A DNA stretch of 64,000 nucleotides, taken from positions 6,386,001-6,450,000 of the forward strand of contig NC_043022.1 of NCBI RefSeq assembly GCF_006345805.1, written 5' to 3'. Position numbers and translations under genes: made by a program. Positions 1 to 13,024 of the stretch are shown here, piece by piece. Source of the DNA: Octopus sinensis. Lineage: Eukaryota. The notes beneath the pieces were generated by a model. It was given only the letters and a program-made list of their open reading frames with translations, was not told the DNA's origin and searched no databases. Position 1 is the stretch's first letter. The number at the start of each line of letters is the position of its first letter.

Positions 1-344
1 GAGATTTTAACTACCGAGCACCCCTTTGCGTATTATGTCCCTGCTTTTTGGAAAGACCACACTAAGGATATCCCATCCTATTTTGTGTTCGCGTGTGTTG
101 GAGGATTCTAGAAAATCTTGTCCCTAACTTTCGCATGCAAAAACAAGTGATAACAACACTCAAGTCTGATTGCACAAACTGATGATCAACGGCTTTCCAT
201 CCATGAGCACTCCATCATATTTATCCGTGACTGCATTATCCAGCGTGACCTATTTTCAGTGGCAGATTGAGATTCGAGATTTGCTGCTATTCCTAGCAGG
301 TCGAACGACCATACATAGGTTAGTTAGGGTTAGTTCGTATTGGC

Positions 345-731
345 TATGGAAGCACTCCGTCGGTTACGACGACGAGGGTTCCGGTTGATCCGAATCAACG
401 GAACAGCCTGCTCGTGAAATTAACGTGTAAGTGGCTGAGCACTCCACAGACACGTGTACCCTTAACGTAGTTCTCGGGGATATTCAGCGTGACACAGAGA
501 GTGACAAGGCCGGCCCCTTGAAATACAGGTACAACAGAAACAGGAAGTAAGAGTGAGAGAAAGTTGTGGTGAAAGAGTACAGCAGGGATCACCACCATTC
601 CCTGCCGGAGCCTCGTGGAGCTTTTAGGTGTTTTCGCTCAATAAACACTCACAACGCCCGGTCTGGGAATCAAAACCACGATCCTATGACCGCGAGTCCG
701 CTGCCCTAATCGCTGGGCCATTGCGCCTCCA
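345..731 (-). mobile_element. tRNA-derived SINE family C
   Basis: Minus-strand head GTGGAGGCGCAATGGCCCAG; tail shared with 17325-17640 (-), 59817-60145 (+), 10190-10290. Confidence 0.85.
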
Positions 732-1392
732 CCAAGTTCGTATTAATAAATGTAGAAAGATAGTGAAAGGCCGACTTCCGACCTTCTGCGTTCAAATCCA
801 GCTACAGTTGTCTTGGCTCTTTTTTCTTTTCTTTTTTTCTTTTTTTTTTCTTTTTTTTTTACCTTCCAGATTTCATTTAAAACGGGTCCAGGGCAGGTAG
901 ACATGGTTTTACGCAAAGAAATACCCCGAAATGTTTGAATGGTCTGTGGGCTCGTGAAGGGTTAACACGTGGTTAACACAGCTAGTGATAACAACCACCA
1001 CATGTCACTCTAAGGAACTCGACCTTTTTTCCTACTCCAGGTACATGACCTCAAAGTAATTTTGGTGGCTAGGGCACGGTAGGATTGAATCGACTGTCAC
1101 TATATTATCACTGTTATTGGTTATTGTCGAAAAAATGGATGAACCCTTGTAGTTTTGAATTCGATGTAAAAGGCTAGAATTAAACATCGCAAGGTATTTA
1201 GACCCTCAATCCATTTCGCCAGTCCACCCGTGACCTAAATATTAATTCTTAATTTAGTCACAAGACAAAACTCCAATTTTGGTGGTGGGAACTTGCGGAT
1301 TATATCGGTTCAACTGTTTGCTTGGCAACATTAGCAGACTTGTTGGAGCATCGAACCAAAAAGAGTTTCAATGTTTAGTAAAGAAAAGATAG

Positions 1393-1975
1393 CGAGCTGG
1401 CAGAACCGTTAGCATGCCGGGCGAAATGCTTAGCGGTATTTCGTCTGCCGCTACGTTCTGAGTTCAAATTTCGCCGAGGTCGACTTTGCCTTTCATCCTT
1501 TCGGGGTCGATTAAATAAGTACCAGTTACGCACTGGGGTCGATATAATCGACTTAATCCGTTTGTCTGTCCTTGTTTGTCCTCTCTGTGTTTAGCCCCTT
1601 GTGGGTAGTAAAGAAATAGGTATTTCTTCTGCCGCTACGTTCTGAGTTCAAATTCCGCCAAGGTCGACTTTGCCTTTCATTCTTTCGGTGCCGATTAAAT
1701 AAGTACCAATTACGCACTGGGGTCGATATAATCGACTTAATCCGTTTGTCTGTCCTTGTTTGTCCTCTCTGTGTTTAGCCCCTTGTGGGTAGTAAAGAAA
1801 TAGGTATTTCGGCTGCCGTTACGTTCTGAGTTCAAATTCCGCCGAGGTCGACTTTGCCTTTCATCTTTTCGAGAGTCGATAAAATAAGTACCAGTGACAT
1901 ACTGGGGTCGATGTAATTGACTTAACCCCCTACCCCAACTTGCTGGCCTTGTGGCAAAATTTGGAGCCCATGTTT
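1393..1975 (+). mobile_element. tRNA-derived SINE family B, one head plus three tandem bodies
   Basis: GCGAGCTGGCAGAA head, GAGTTCAAATTCC B box, GCCTTTCATCCTTTCGGGGTCGAT core (Meta-domain-like, tentative). Confidence 0.85.
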
Positions 1976-4122
1976 AGTTATGACCGTCTGTGTTCTGAGC
2001 TCAAATCCTGCCGCGACTTCGCCCTTTTTTTTTTTTTTTCAGGTTGATAAAAATAAAATACCTGTCAAATACAAGTGTCGACATAACCTCTTGTTCCCCT
2101 CACATCATATTTCTAGCATTGAGTCTGTGTTGAAAAGAAACAGAATCGTCAGAAAGCTGGTATTATATCCAGCCCTTAATGTTCAGAGTTAAAATCCTGC
2201 CGAAGTCCACTTTGTCCTTCGTTGTTCAACAACTCCTCTGAGAGTGTATTTAATAGACTATCATTCCCATTTCCAAGTTTTGGCTTTGTGTAAAGTAAAT
2301 ATTCTTTTCTGCTCTAGGCACAAGGTCCGAAATTTGGGGGGAGGGGCGGGGCAAATCGATTAGATCGATCCCAGTACGCAACTGGTACTTAATTTATCGA
2401 CCCAGAAAGGATGAAAGGCAAAATCGACCTCGGCAGAATGTGTGAGTTAATATTACAAAGATAATTATTCTGGTGGCCAACCGTTTCCACCGCTGCCTCA
2501 ACATTTGTCCATGTTTTGGTATATGACAACAACAAGGAAGCGCGGCGTAGGGGAGGGTGGTCCTTATGGCATCGGGGTTGGAAAAATGAAATGATGCGAC
2601 ATTCGATCTTTACTCGTTTAGAAACAGTTTCGTTTTTGCATTTGGTTTGCATTGGATTCATTGCGTGAATTATTTGCGTAAAGACTCTCCGGAGACACAA
2701 CAAAATAACGTTTTTCTTTATTGGTTTTAATTAATTTTCTATCGTAATTAGTGTATAATTCTCATCTCGGATAATTTCATGATGCACCAGTTGGGAAACA
2801 TTGCTCCAGGGTCACGTGAACAGACTGCGTCCCATCCTTAAATATTCGTGACGTTGGACCAAGGAAACAATGCAAGGGACATCGGAATATTATGTCACTG
2901 ACTGATATTAAGGTTTTTAGCTACAAAGAGAGATAATTGTAGAAGTGTTTCGATTTTATTAGACCTCCTCAACAGAAAAATACATGTCACCGTAATAATA
3001 TACAAACTAATTCTATCAACCAAACGACTCAGTACCAACTCTACCTTTCTTAGAATCTCCAGCTGATCCAATGGTCGCTCGACTTGCTAAAAACGGCAGC
3101 CAAGTCTTCTCCCTGTATTCAAAATGAAAGGCCACATAGAATAACGTAGTTTTAGATATATTATTCCAGGAAATGGTCATGGCTGGAACACTTTTATTCT
3201 GGTGTTGTCTGACCGGGAACTAACATCTATGACTAAGTTTTATTAATTTGAAATAAATATTTCTGCTTTTTGCCTACTTCAACATTCAAACCTATTTCTG
3301 TAATCTCAATGGGGAATAAGTCTAATAACATTATTTCTTAATTATAATTTAATAAAATACCAACATTTTAAGCATATCCAGTTTCACTACAATTTCAGTA
3401 TTTAGTTCCAATCTTTCATGATCCGAGTTCAAATTACGTAAAGGTCAACTTTACTTTCTGTCCTTATCGAGGGGAGAAAAATAAAATACTGGGGTCAATT
3501 TAATCGATTATTACTAGTGTTTCCCAGGATCGTTATGTAATGATAATACAGCTGGGAATCTCGGAGGAATCATTTTGTTTGTGTTTTAAGTGGGGATGGC
3601 CATGTAAACCTTTACAACCACAATACTTCCTATAGCGGGAAGGATTGTCGTTGAGAAAAATAATGGTAAAACACTGTCACAGATTATGTAATTTTTTAGT
3701 GCCCCCTCTTTTCCCAAATCGGTCAGACAGAAGAAACCGCCGACTGTAATTAAAAATTACAATAACTTCGTTAATTAGTAATGCTAATCAATGTTTGCTG
3801 CGCTTATGTGGAGTGGAGGGGGGGGAGTGCGTTGCTTTTCTCAGAGGCCAAAAAGCTGTTGAGATGGCACTGCTTTCATGCCAAATTTTCGTCAACCAAA
3901 TGTTCCAAGACATTAGTCAACAAGAGGCTTACACAAACAACCTCTGCCTAACATGGTACACAGTCGGATCGAACCTGAAACTCCATGGTTACGACAACGC
4001 TGTCTTAGGCAGTCGTACCTTCGACCACACGAGTTCAAGTTTTCAGGGTTAACAAAACCAGTATCTCCCATATATTGCTATCTTTGATATGAATTTGTAT
4101 CTTTTCAGTAACCTTTTGGAAA

Positions 4123-4152
4123 ATGGCACTTCTTGGACACCTCATGATTATG
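4123..4152 (+). CDS. ZP-domain (VERL/VEZP-like) membrane protein, coding exon 1 (MALLGHLMIM)
   Basis: Acceptor cttttcAG at 4107-4108, ATG at 4123, donor ATG|gtaagg; hydrophobic start; phase 0 joins exon 2. Confidence 0.65.
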
Positions 4153-5251
4153 GTAAGGAATTCTCGCTTTTAATTATTTATATTTTTGTGAGTTTGTTGG
4201 GGTTTTTTTTTTTTTCATATTTGTTAGTATCTGTTGTTGTTTAACCCCAGTCCGGATGGACAATATCAAGAGTTGGTTGGACAGGAGAGGCAAAGCGACC
4301 AGAGGGGTGACGCTTAATCGGAAAAAAATGTTCATGTCATCAATTCGCTGCGATGAAACGACGATGAATCGAGGAGGTTTTAAGACTATAATGTATAGAG
4401 TGAGGGAGACTTAACTGCTATTTCTAGAAAAAAACAAAAGCTCGTCTATTGGCCGACCAATGCCTTGTGAGTGGATTTGGTAGACGGAAACTGAAAGAAG
4501 CCTGTCGTATATATGTATATATATGTGTGTGTTTGTCCCCCTAGCATTGCTTGACAACCGATGCTGGTGTGTTTATGTCCCCGTTACTTAGCGGTTCGGC
4601 AAAAGAGACCGATTGAATAAGTACTAGGCTTACAAAGAATAAGTCCCGGGGTCGATTTGCTCGACTAAAGGCGGTGCTCCAGCATGGCCGCAGTCAACTG
4701 ACTGAAGCAAGTAAAAAAAAAAATAGAAGGAAGATGAGAGGGTCGGAAGGAGGTCGAGAGTCTGGCAAAGAATGGCATGGATGGAGAATATGATGAGATG
4801 GTTGGAGAGGAGAGACAGCTGGAGAACTGGATCTTCATTGGGATGGCTTTCGTTTTGTGTCTTCGATGCCATACAGGCGTACGGTACATGACGATGACGA
4901 TTATCGGTGACAAAGTCGTCTGGCAAGCGATAGGCAGATGGTTCGAGATCCGCTGGTGGAACTGTTCCTCCTTTCACTCTCAAATTGCTGTTTGCAAAAG
5001 GAGTCTTTTGTTTTCTGTCTTTAGTCGTACGGCCTTTTGCAGGCCCAACCATACTGCAGTGATCGATCATTTGATCAGCTGATGTTGCTGTTCTTGTATA
5101 ACCTGACGTCGGCTCTGATTGAGCAAACCTACATTCAACCATTCCAGTCGTGACCATTCCATTTGTTTTGTATATACAGGACGACATTATCCGCTGTGAG
5201 TTTTGTCATTTATTTTTCCATTATTAAAATATATTTTTCTTTTTCTTTCAG

Positions 5252-5288
5252 TCCTTTCCGTTAAACGATGGCAAAGACATTGTAATAG
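5252..5288 (+). CDS. ZP-domain protein exon 2 (SFPLNDGKDIVI)
   Basis: Long polypyrimidine tract plus ttcAG, donor G|gtaagc, 37 nt, phases 0/1 compatible with neighbouring exons. Confidence 0.7.
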
Positions 5289-6054
5289 GTAAGCAGCTTG
5301 AAACAGTTGGCAACTCACACTTGCAATGTCCTCTCCGTATTTCGATGTCAAAACAAAATGCAGCCCTCCTCACCACACACAATCCCCCCCTCCTCTTTCC
5401 CCTTCCCTCCTCCTCCTCTCTCTCTCCCACTCTCCTCCCTCTCTCCCTCTCCAAAGACCTCTCCCGAAATTTGAACGTCCGCTTTAGCGAGTCCCCCTCC
5501 AAGAACATCTCCTGACCCTGTGAGCTGTCATCCAAACATACACCCTTCCAACATCTCAAATGTGAATGAGACGGTCCTTAACAACATCATCCTTCTCGCT
5601 CCTTAATCGCCGTTAAAGGAAGGCCTTCTTAAAACCCAAACTCTCTGCAGACTTTCTCTCCTCCATCACTCACCTCGAGAGACAAGGACGAGAAACTGAA
5701 TGAAAGACGTTCCTGCATTTTAGTCGTTCCTCTCAAACATCTTGGACCTGATGGCCGTCCCCCTCCCCCATCATCATCCCAAACTTCCTACTGAAACCTG
5801 ACCTACATGCAAACTAAACACCGCACACTAAACCTCCATTGACTTAATTAACCCCCGCCAATGGGGTCAGAGCAATTGAGTCTCCTATTGCAATAACAGC
5901 AAATCAGCAATGAATGCCTCACAAACACTAGCCACAGTATGTGCCGCCCGGAGCGGCCCTTCCGTTTGCCGCCGCCCCCGGCCCCACAAAAAATACATTG
6001 CTGTAGAGGGTGGAAAGGAGACAACGTTCCATAACTTATATAACGTGAATTTTG

Positions 6055-6085
<31 letters not shown>

Positions 6086-6214
6086 CACAGGTATACAGCA
6101 TGCAGAAGAAGGCTAACTTCTCATTTCTTTTAACTTGCTTTTTATTCTAATTTTGATAAAGGGTTTCACCCCGAAACGTAATTCTACTTCCATTCCATTT
6201 TCCGGCGTGCCCTC

Positions 6215-6660
6215 ATTTCTGGCAGAATCGTTAGCACACCGGGCAAAATGCTTAACGGCGTTTCGTCCGTCCTTACGTTCTGAGTTCAAATTCCGTCGAG
6301 GTCGATTTCGCCTTTCATCCTTTCGGGATCGATAAATTTAAGTAGCAGTTACGCACTGGAGCGACGTAATCAACCTAATCCCTTCTCCCAAATTTGAGGC
6401 CTTGTGCTTCCAGTAGAAAGAATTATTATTAAGGCTGTGAGCTAGCAGAATCATTAGCGTGCCGAACGAAATGCTTAACGGCATTTCGTCCGACTTTACG
6501 TTCTGAGTTCAAATTCCGTCGAGGTGGTCTTTGCCTTTCATCCTTTCGAAGGTCAATGAAATAAGTACCAGTGAAACACTGGGGGTCGATGTAATCGACT
6601 CGTCCCCCGGTCCCCCAAATCTTCAGACCTTGTGCCTCGAGCAAAAAGGATTATTATTTG
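6215..6660 (+). mobile_element. Two SINE family B copies
   Basis: Same head and core. Confidence 0.85.
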
Positions 6661-6829
6661 TGTGTGTTCACATTTTGTCCCTGGCTTTTCGAATTTTTGC
6701 CAACCTATTCTAACCATTCGCGTTGCCCATCTGTCCGTCTCTAATTCTTCTAGTTTCATTTCTGCTAATTATTATATAATTAGTTGAATTCAATTAAAAT
6801 ATCCTGCCTTATTGTGTTTTATTTTGTAG

Positions 6830-7017
6830 TGACCAAGTCGTGTCCTGAAACCCTTACCGAACAAGGGGACATAATTATTCTCGCTGACCATATAAGGACC
6901 CATCCCTTCGCGTCGTGTCGGCACCAACATGAGCATTATTTTGATGAAATAGCGATCGCGGTTTACCGTTTGCAGTTCCAGTTGAATGGAAACTGGAAAC
7001 GTTCCTGTATTGCAATG
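6830..7017 (+). CDS. ZP-domain protein exon 3, ZP-N (VTKSCPETLTEQGDIIILADH...KRSCIAM)
   Basis: ttttgtAG acceptor, open frame with 3 Cys, donor gtagat, phases 1/0. Confidence 0.8.
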
Positions 7018-7042
7018 GTAGATAGAGCTTCACGCTTCAACA

Positions 7043-8560
7043 CTCTCTCTCTCTCACTCTCTCCCTCTCTCCTCTTCTCCGGCTCTCTCTCCACCTTTTC
7101 TCTCTCTCCCCCTCTTCTCTCTCTCTCCCCCTCTCTTACGCGCCCTCTCTTTCCCGTCTCTCTCTCTCTCTTTCCCGTCTCTCTGTCTCTCTCTTTCCCG
7201 TCTCTCTGTCTCTCTCTTTCCCCGTCTCTCTCTCTCTCTCTTTCCCCGTCTCTCTCTTTCTCTTCCCCCGTCTCTCTCTTTCTCTTTCCCCGTCTCTCTC
7301 TCTCTTTCCCCGTCTCTCTCTCTCTTTCCCCGTCTCTCTCTCTCTCTTTCCCCGTCCTCTCTGCTCTCTCTTTCCCCCGTCTCTCTCTCTTCTTTCTTTC
7401 CCTTCGTCTCTCTCTCCCTCTTTCCCCGTCTCTCTCTCTTTCCTCGTCCCTCCTTCTCTTCTCTTTCCTCTCTCCTTTCCTATCGTCTCTCTCTTTCTCT
7501 TTCTCGGTCTCTCTCTTTCTCTTTCCTCTCTCTCTCTTCCCCACTCTCTCCTTTCTCCATCTCTCTCTTTCTCTCCTCTCCCATCTCTTTCCTCCTCCCT
7601 CTCCATCTCTCCTCCTCTCTCTCTTCTCCTCTTTCTCTCTCCATCTCTTTCTCTCTCTCTCTCTCTTCGTCTCTCCTCTCTCTCTCTTCCTCTTTCCCCC
7701 GTCTCTCTCTCTTCTCTTTCCCTCCTTCCCCTCTTTCCCTTCCCTTCTCCTTCACCCATCTCTTCTCTTCTTTCTTGTCCCCCATCCCTCTATCTCTCTC
7801 TCTCTCCTCCCCATCTCTCCTCTCTCTCTTTCTTTTCCCCCATCTCTCTCTCTCTTTCTCCCATCTCTCTCTCTCTTTCTCACCATCTCTCTCTCTCTTT
7901 CCCCAATCTCTCTCTCTCTTTCTTTCTTCCCCATCTCTCTCGTTTATCTCTCTCCCCATCTCTCTCCTTTATCTCTCTCTCTTTCCCCATCTTCTCTTTC
8001 CTCTCTCTCTCTTTCCCCTTCCCGTCTCTCTCGCTCTCTCTTCCCCGGTGTCTCTCTCTCTCTCTCTTGTCTCTCCCCGTCTCTCTCTCTCTCTCTTCTT
8101 TCCCCGTCTCTCTCTATCTTTTCCCCGTCTCTCTCTCCTCTCTCCTCTCTCTCTTTCCCGCCCCTCGCTCTCTCTCTCCTCTTTCTTTCCTCTCTCTTTC
8201 CTTCCCTTTCCCCCCCGTCTCTCTCTCTCGCTTTCCTTTCCCTCTTCCCGTCGTCTCCCTCCCCGTCTCTCTCTCTCCCCTCTCTTCTCCGTCTCCTCTC
8301 TCTCGTCTCCTCTCTCGTCTTTCTTCCTCCCGTCTCTCTCCGCCCCCTCCTCTCTTTCCCCGTCTCTCTCTCTCTTTCTCTCCCGTTCTTTCTCTCCTCT
8401 CTCTCTCCTGCTCCTCTTCTCTCTCTCCTCTCCTCTCCCTCTTTCCTTCTCCTCTCTCTCCCCCTCCTGCATCTCTTCCTCCTCTCCCACTTTCTCCTTC
8501 CTCTCTCTCTCCTCTTCCCGCTTCTCCTCCCTCCCCTCCACTCTCGTGGTTTCACTGACT
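7043..8560. repeat. (CT)-rich low-complexity tract; similar tracts at 14975-15360 and 15728-16320
   Basis: Pyrimidine-dominated composition. Confidence 0.95.
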
Positions 8561-8587
8561 CTGCCCCTTGTCTATTCTTTCCTTTAG

Positions 8588-8733
8588 CTCCAAACAACAG
8601 GCGGTTATCAAATTGAAATAATTGTGCCATCGGAAGGCACGCCTCTTACTGGTCAGTCTCAGGTCCTCAATGTCACCTGTCCATCTCCGCAGCTGACAAA
8701 CTCTCTCACTATCGATGATTCGCCCACAAATAG
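8588..8733 (+). CDS. ZP-domain protein exon 4, end of ZP-N (LQTTGGYQIEIIVPSEG...VLNVTCPSP...)
   Basis: cctttAG acceptor, donor AG|gtcagt, fourth ZP-N Cys in a VTC motif, phases 0/2. Confidence 0.8.
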
Positions 8734-8865
8734 GTCAGTTCACAACTTTTTATTCTATTTGATCCTTTTCAAATATTTTGGCTGCTTTGTTTATTTCCTT
8801 AAAATCCCTAAAATCGTTGATTTCGTCAAAAAAAAATATTAAGTTTGTAACTGTACAGATACATA

Positions 8866-9273
8866 GGCGCAGGGTGGCTGTGTGGTAATGCTTTATTTGT
8901 ACCAACCACATGGTTCCGGTTTCAGTCCCACCGCGTGGCATCTTGGGCAAGTGTCTTCTGCTATAGCCTCGGCCAACCCAAGCCTTGTGAGGGTGGATTT
9001 GGTAGACGGAAACTGAAAGAAGCCGTCGTATATATGTATATATATGTATGTGCGTGTATGTTTGTGTGGTGTCTGTCGTTTGTCCCCCTAGCATCGCTTA
9101 CAAACCGATGCTGGTGTGTTTATGTCCTCGTCACTTAGCGGTCGGCAAGAGACCGATAGAATAAGTACTGGGCTTCAAAGAATAAGTCCCGGGGTCGAGT
9201 TGCTCGATTAAAGGCGGTGCTCCAGCATGGCCGCAGTCAAATGACTGAAGCAAGTAAAAAAAAAAAAAAAAAA
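8866..9273 (+). mobile_element. tRNA-derived SINE family A, full length
   Basis: GGCGCAGG-GTGGCTGTGTGGTAA head with A/B boxes, A-tail, 14-bp TSD AACTGTACAGATAC. Confidence 0.9.
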
Positions 9274-9664
9274 AACTGTACAGATACCCTGTTAGAGTTC
9301 GAACTGTTATTGTAAAACTTCGATCATTGTAATTGATTTTGAAAAAAAACTGGAAAAGCAAAGAAACTTAATGGAAGTGTTTTGAAAAGAAAAATGTGTC
9401 CTGCTATACATCAGCTCCACCTGTAGGTCTATGGAAATAAAAACATTAAACTGTGTGTATGTAAATTTAAAAAAAAAAACGTGTCTCATCGTCATCCAGT
9501 GTTCTAAATCCGGGTTTTGTCCCCTTTAACGGGGATGGCCGGATCTACCTCAATGCCATAGCAACTGCCCTCACACCATCTCGCCCGGTTTGGGACGTCC
9601 TATGTATGTATTTGTAAATAAAAAAAATGTGTGTGTGTAATTGGCACTTCGTCGGTTATGACGA

Positions 9665-10010
9665 CAAGTGTTTGAGATGAGATGTTTGAGGGCTATGGTT
9701 GGTATGACACGGATGGACAGGATGAAGAATGAGGTGCGAAGACGAGCAGGAATGAGAAAATCTATGCACCAGAATGGATAGATGAATGTTGAGGTGGTTT
9801 GGCCACATGGAGAGGATGGATGAGGAATGGATGGTAAGGAGGAGTGATGAAGGCTGAAGTGGTTGGCAGCAGAACCAGAGGCAGACCTCGGTTTCTGTGA
9901 ATGGATGGAGCGAGGAAAGCTTTGGTGGTTAGAGGTGTTGGAGTGAGAGAGGCAAGAGAGTTTATAAATGATAGGAAAGCTTGGAGAGTGTTTGTGGACA
10001 GATGAGTGAA
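9665..10010 (+). mobile_element. RTE LINE 3' fragment, decayed
   Basis: FEMRCLRAMVG, LRWFGHMERM, RGRPR, DRKAWR motifs across frames. Confidence 0.85.
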
Positions 10011-11570
10011 TTTGGTGTTGCTGAAAGGGGTACGGAACCAGTATGATGCGGCGGGGGTAAACCAGTACATGCTGTCGGGGCCTGTTGCTGATATCAGAGG
10101 TTTGCTTTCTATGCCTTGTCCCGAGCATAGGACGGGGCTTGCCTCTTTGGACCGGGAAATGAACGGAATGCCTGGGGTGTGTGTAACAGGCACCCCGTCG
10201 GTTATAACAAGGGTTCTAGTTGATCCAATCAACGGAACAGCCTGCTCGTGAAATTAACATGTAAATGGATGAGTACTCCACAGACACGACGACCCTAAGC
10301 ACACACACACACACATATAAGCACAAAGAGTGAGTCCTATAAGACATAGGAGCATAAAGGGACACAAATATCCCTTCATCAGCTGTAAGTGTTTGACGAA
10401 AGGTGGAAAAATGTGGTGAGTAAAAGGTCCCTCGCAAATACGAGATAGGTTGTGGAAAAAAAGAAAAAAAAACAGAAGGTTAAGTGCCGTGGCGGGGAGC
10501 GAGGGGTCCGTAGACCCGCCCCACTTCATTTTGTAAAAAAATTGTCCCTGTAATTGTTCCATCATTCGAACTCTAAATTCACCATGTATTTTAATTGACC
10601 CCAAAACGCATTTATTGTTGTAAATCATTCGTGATTGTGTTGTATGTTCTATGTCGCCCCTAGTGGGTAATAAAGGGACACAAATATCCCTTCATCAGCT
10701 GTTATCTGACGTGTTCCGCATTTTCGATACCCTAAAACAACCGCCAGTTCCAATACGGCTGTAGATTTAAACACAAAAGCCTACTAGGGAAGGATTTATC
10801 GAAAAGAGAACAGTAACAGAATTGTTAGGGTGTCAGACTAAATGCTTTGTATTTCTCGCGGATCCTTACGTTCTGAGTTCGAATCCCGTCTAGGTCATGT
10901 CTGCTTTTGATCTCTCTGGGATCGATGAAATAAAATACCCGTCTATTTCTGGGGTCAGTTTAATCAACTAACCCTTCCCCTCCCTCTTAATTTTCTGGCT
11001 TTGTGCCCACGCGAGAAACAAATATTTTTTTAATGTTTTTTTTTTTAATTAGAAAAACACAATCCGGGCAAAATAGTTCCTATTTCTTCAACCAATCAAA
11101 AACCGAAGAGGAAATTCTTTGGATGGATGACGCTTCATTTGGAACTGAGCCGGTGCCAATAATATTGTCTGCACATTACGAAGTGGAGGGAAACTGGGCC
11201 CTAATTACTTTGTCAGCCATGCTAACCAGTTAAGTATCACATATTCATTGTATTTATTTGTTGTTTCAGTTTTATTAAGCGCCAAATTGGCAGAATGGTT
11301 AGAACATTTCAGCCGAAAGAGTGTGTGTGTGTGTGTGTGTGTTCGCATACGTGAAGGTGGTGGGTTGTCAGAGCATCGAAAAATGCCATGAAGTAGTAGT
11401 TCTAGGTTTTTCGTTCCGAGTACAAATCCCGCTAAAGATGTTTTTGCCTTTCATCATTTCGGGGTTGATAAAATAAATACCAGTTGAATATTGGGGGTTC
11501 GATGTTATCGACTCATCCTCTTCCCCCAAATTGCTGCTCTTGTGGTAAAATCTGAAATCATTATTATTAA

Positions 11571-11605
<35 letters not shown>

Positions 11606-11606
<1 letters not shown>

Positions 11607-11995
11607 GGCAGCGAGCTGGCAGAATCATTAAGTACGCTGGACGAAATGCTTGGCGATATTCATCGCTACGTTCTGAGTTCAAATTCCGCCGAGGTCGACT
11701 TTGCCGTTCATCCTTTCGGAGTCGATTAAATAAGTACCAGTTACGCACTGGGGTCGATATAATCGACTTAATCCCTTTGTCTGTCCTTGTTTGTCCTCTC
11801 TGTGTTTAGCCCCTTGTGGGTAGTAAAGAAATAGGTATTTCGTCTGCCACAACGTTCTGAGTTCAAACGCCGTCGAGGTTGGCTTTGCCTTTCATCTTTT
11901 GGGAACCAATAAAATAAGTACCAGTTGAGTACAGGGGTTGATGTAACTGAATAGTCCCATCTCCTAAAACAATTTCAGACTCTTTTTCCTACAGT
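11606..11995 (+). mobile_element. SINE family B, head plus two tandem bodies
   Basis: Same consensus; preceded by (ATT)n and an inverted copy at about 11380-11550. Confidence 0.85.
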
Positions 11996-12469
11996 AAAAA
12001 GAGTTATTGCGTATATCCAGGCCTCGAAAGAATTATTGCAAGACCAGTATATAGGGAAGAAATGTTCTGTGATTTCCTGAGACTTACTCTTGGCAAATTC
12101 CTATTCCTCAAATCCTGGCGCCTATTTTAGTATCTTATCATTAATTTCAGTTTTGTATTAACTGATTAAATATTTAGATATGGAGATTAACGATTCGGTG
12201 ATTATATTTCTAATGAAATCATCTGCCCTTATGTTTTATCGTAGCTAACGTTGCTCCATAATCTAATAGGAGCTTGGTTGGGGGGCTGGCTGACCCGAAT
12301 AATTCGAAATTACATCCATTCACTCGCTTTATACCCGTTCTCTTGTGGTTTCGCGCAGTCAATGTAATAATGCTCGAAATGGAAAGAAACGAGTTCTATT
12401 ACGAAGCATTAAAGAATTTTTTCCATTTCTAACCAGTATTTCTTTGTTGGTGTCATAGCTTGACCTTAG

Positions 12470-12594
12470 CAAACTAATCACCAGTCAAGAGAAGACATTT
12501 AATGTGGTGAACCCGAGACCATTTACCAACTCGGCTCAATTTATACCAAGAGAGGTAACCATCGAACAATCAGAAAACAGCAACTTTTTTAATG
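12470..12594 (+). CDS. Candidate exon 5 (KLITSQEKTFNVVNPRPFTNSAQFIPREVTIEQSENSNFFN)
   Basis: Best segment found with the required phases 2/1 and expected length (about 41 aa); donor gtctac is weak. Confidence 0.4.
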
Positions 12595-12632
12595 GTCTAC
12601 CGTTACTTACATTTCCTATAACCTACTTGTAT

Positions 12633-13024
12633 ACTCTTTACTCTTTTACTTGTTTCAGTCATTAGACTGCGGCTATGCTGGAGCACCGCCTTTAGTCGAG
12701 CAAATCGACCCCGGGACTTATTCTTTTGTAAGCCTAGTACTTATTCTATCGGTCTCTGTTGCCGAACCGCTAAGTGACGGGGACGTAAACACACCAGCAT
12801 CGGTTGTCAAGCAATGCTAGGGAGACAAACACATACACACATACATATATACACATATATACGACAGGCTTCTTTCAGTTTCCGTCTGCCAAATCCACTC
12901 ACAAGGCATTGGTCGGCCCGGGACTATAGCAGAAGACATTTGCCCAAGATGCCACGCAGTGGGACTGAACCCGGAACCATGTGGTTGGTTAGCAAGCTAC
13001 TTACCACACAGCCACTCCTGCGTC
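12633..13024 (-). mobile_element. SINE family A, full length
   Basis: Reverse complement of the 8866 copy. Confidence 0.9.

Noticed and set aside
4630-5187. 185-aa minus-strand ORF and overlapping short ORFs
   Set aside because: Partly SINE-derived; no recognisable motif or splice support
6784-8630. 610-aa ORF and the overlapping Arg/Glu-rich antisense ORFs
   Set aside because: Only 6830-7017 is exon; the rest is (CT)-rich low-complexity DNA that lacks stop codons by composition
8866-8940. tRNA genes at SINE heads
   Set aside because: A/B boxes are followed by SINE body and tail; no complete cloverleaf could be supported
11053-11233. Alternative candidate for ZP exon 5
   Set aside because: Correct entry phase, but no phase-1 donor before the stop, and the acceptor derives from a SINE tail
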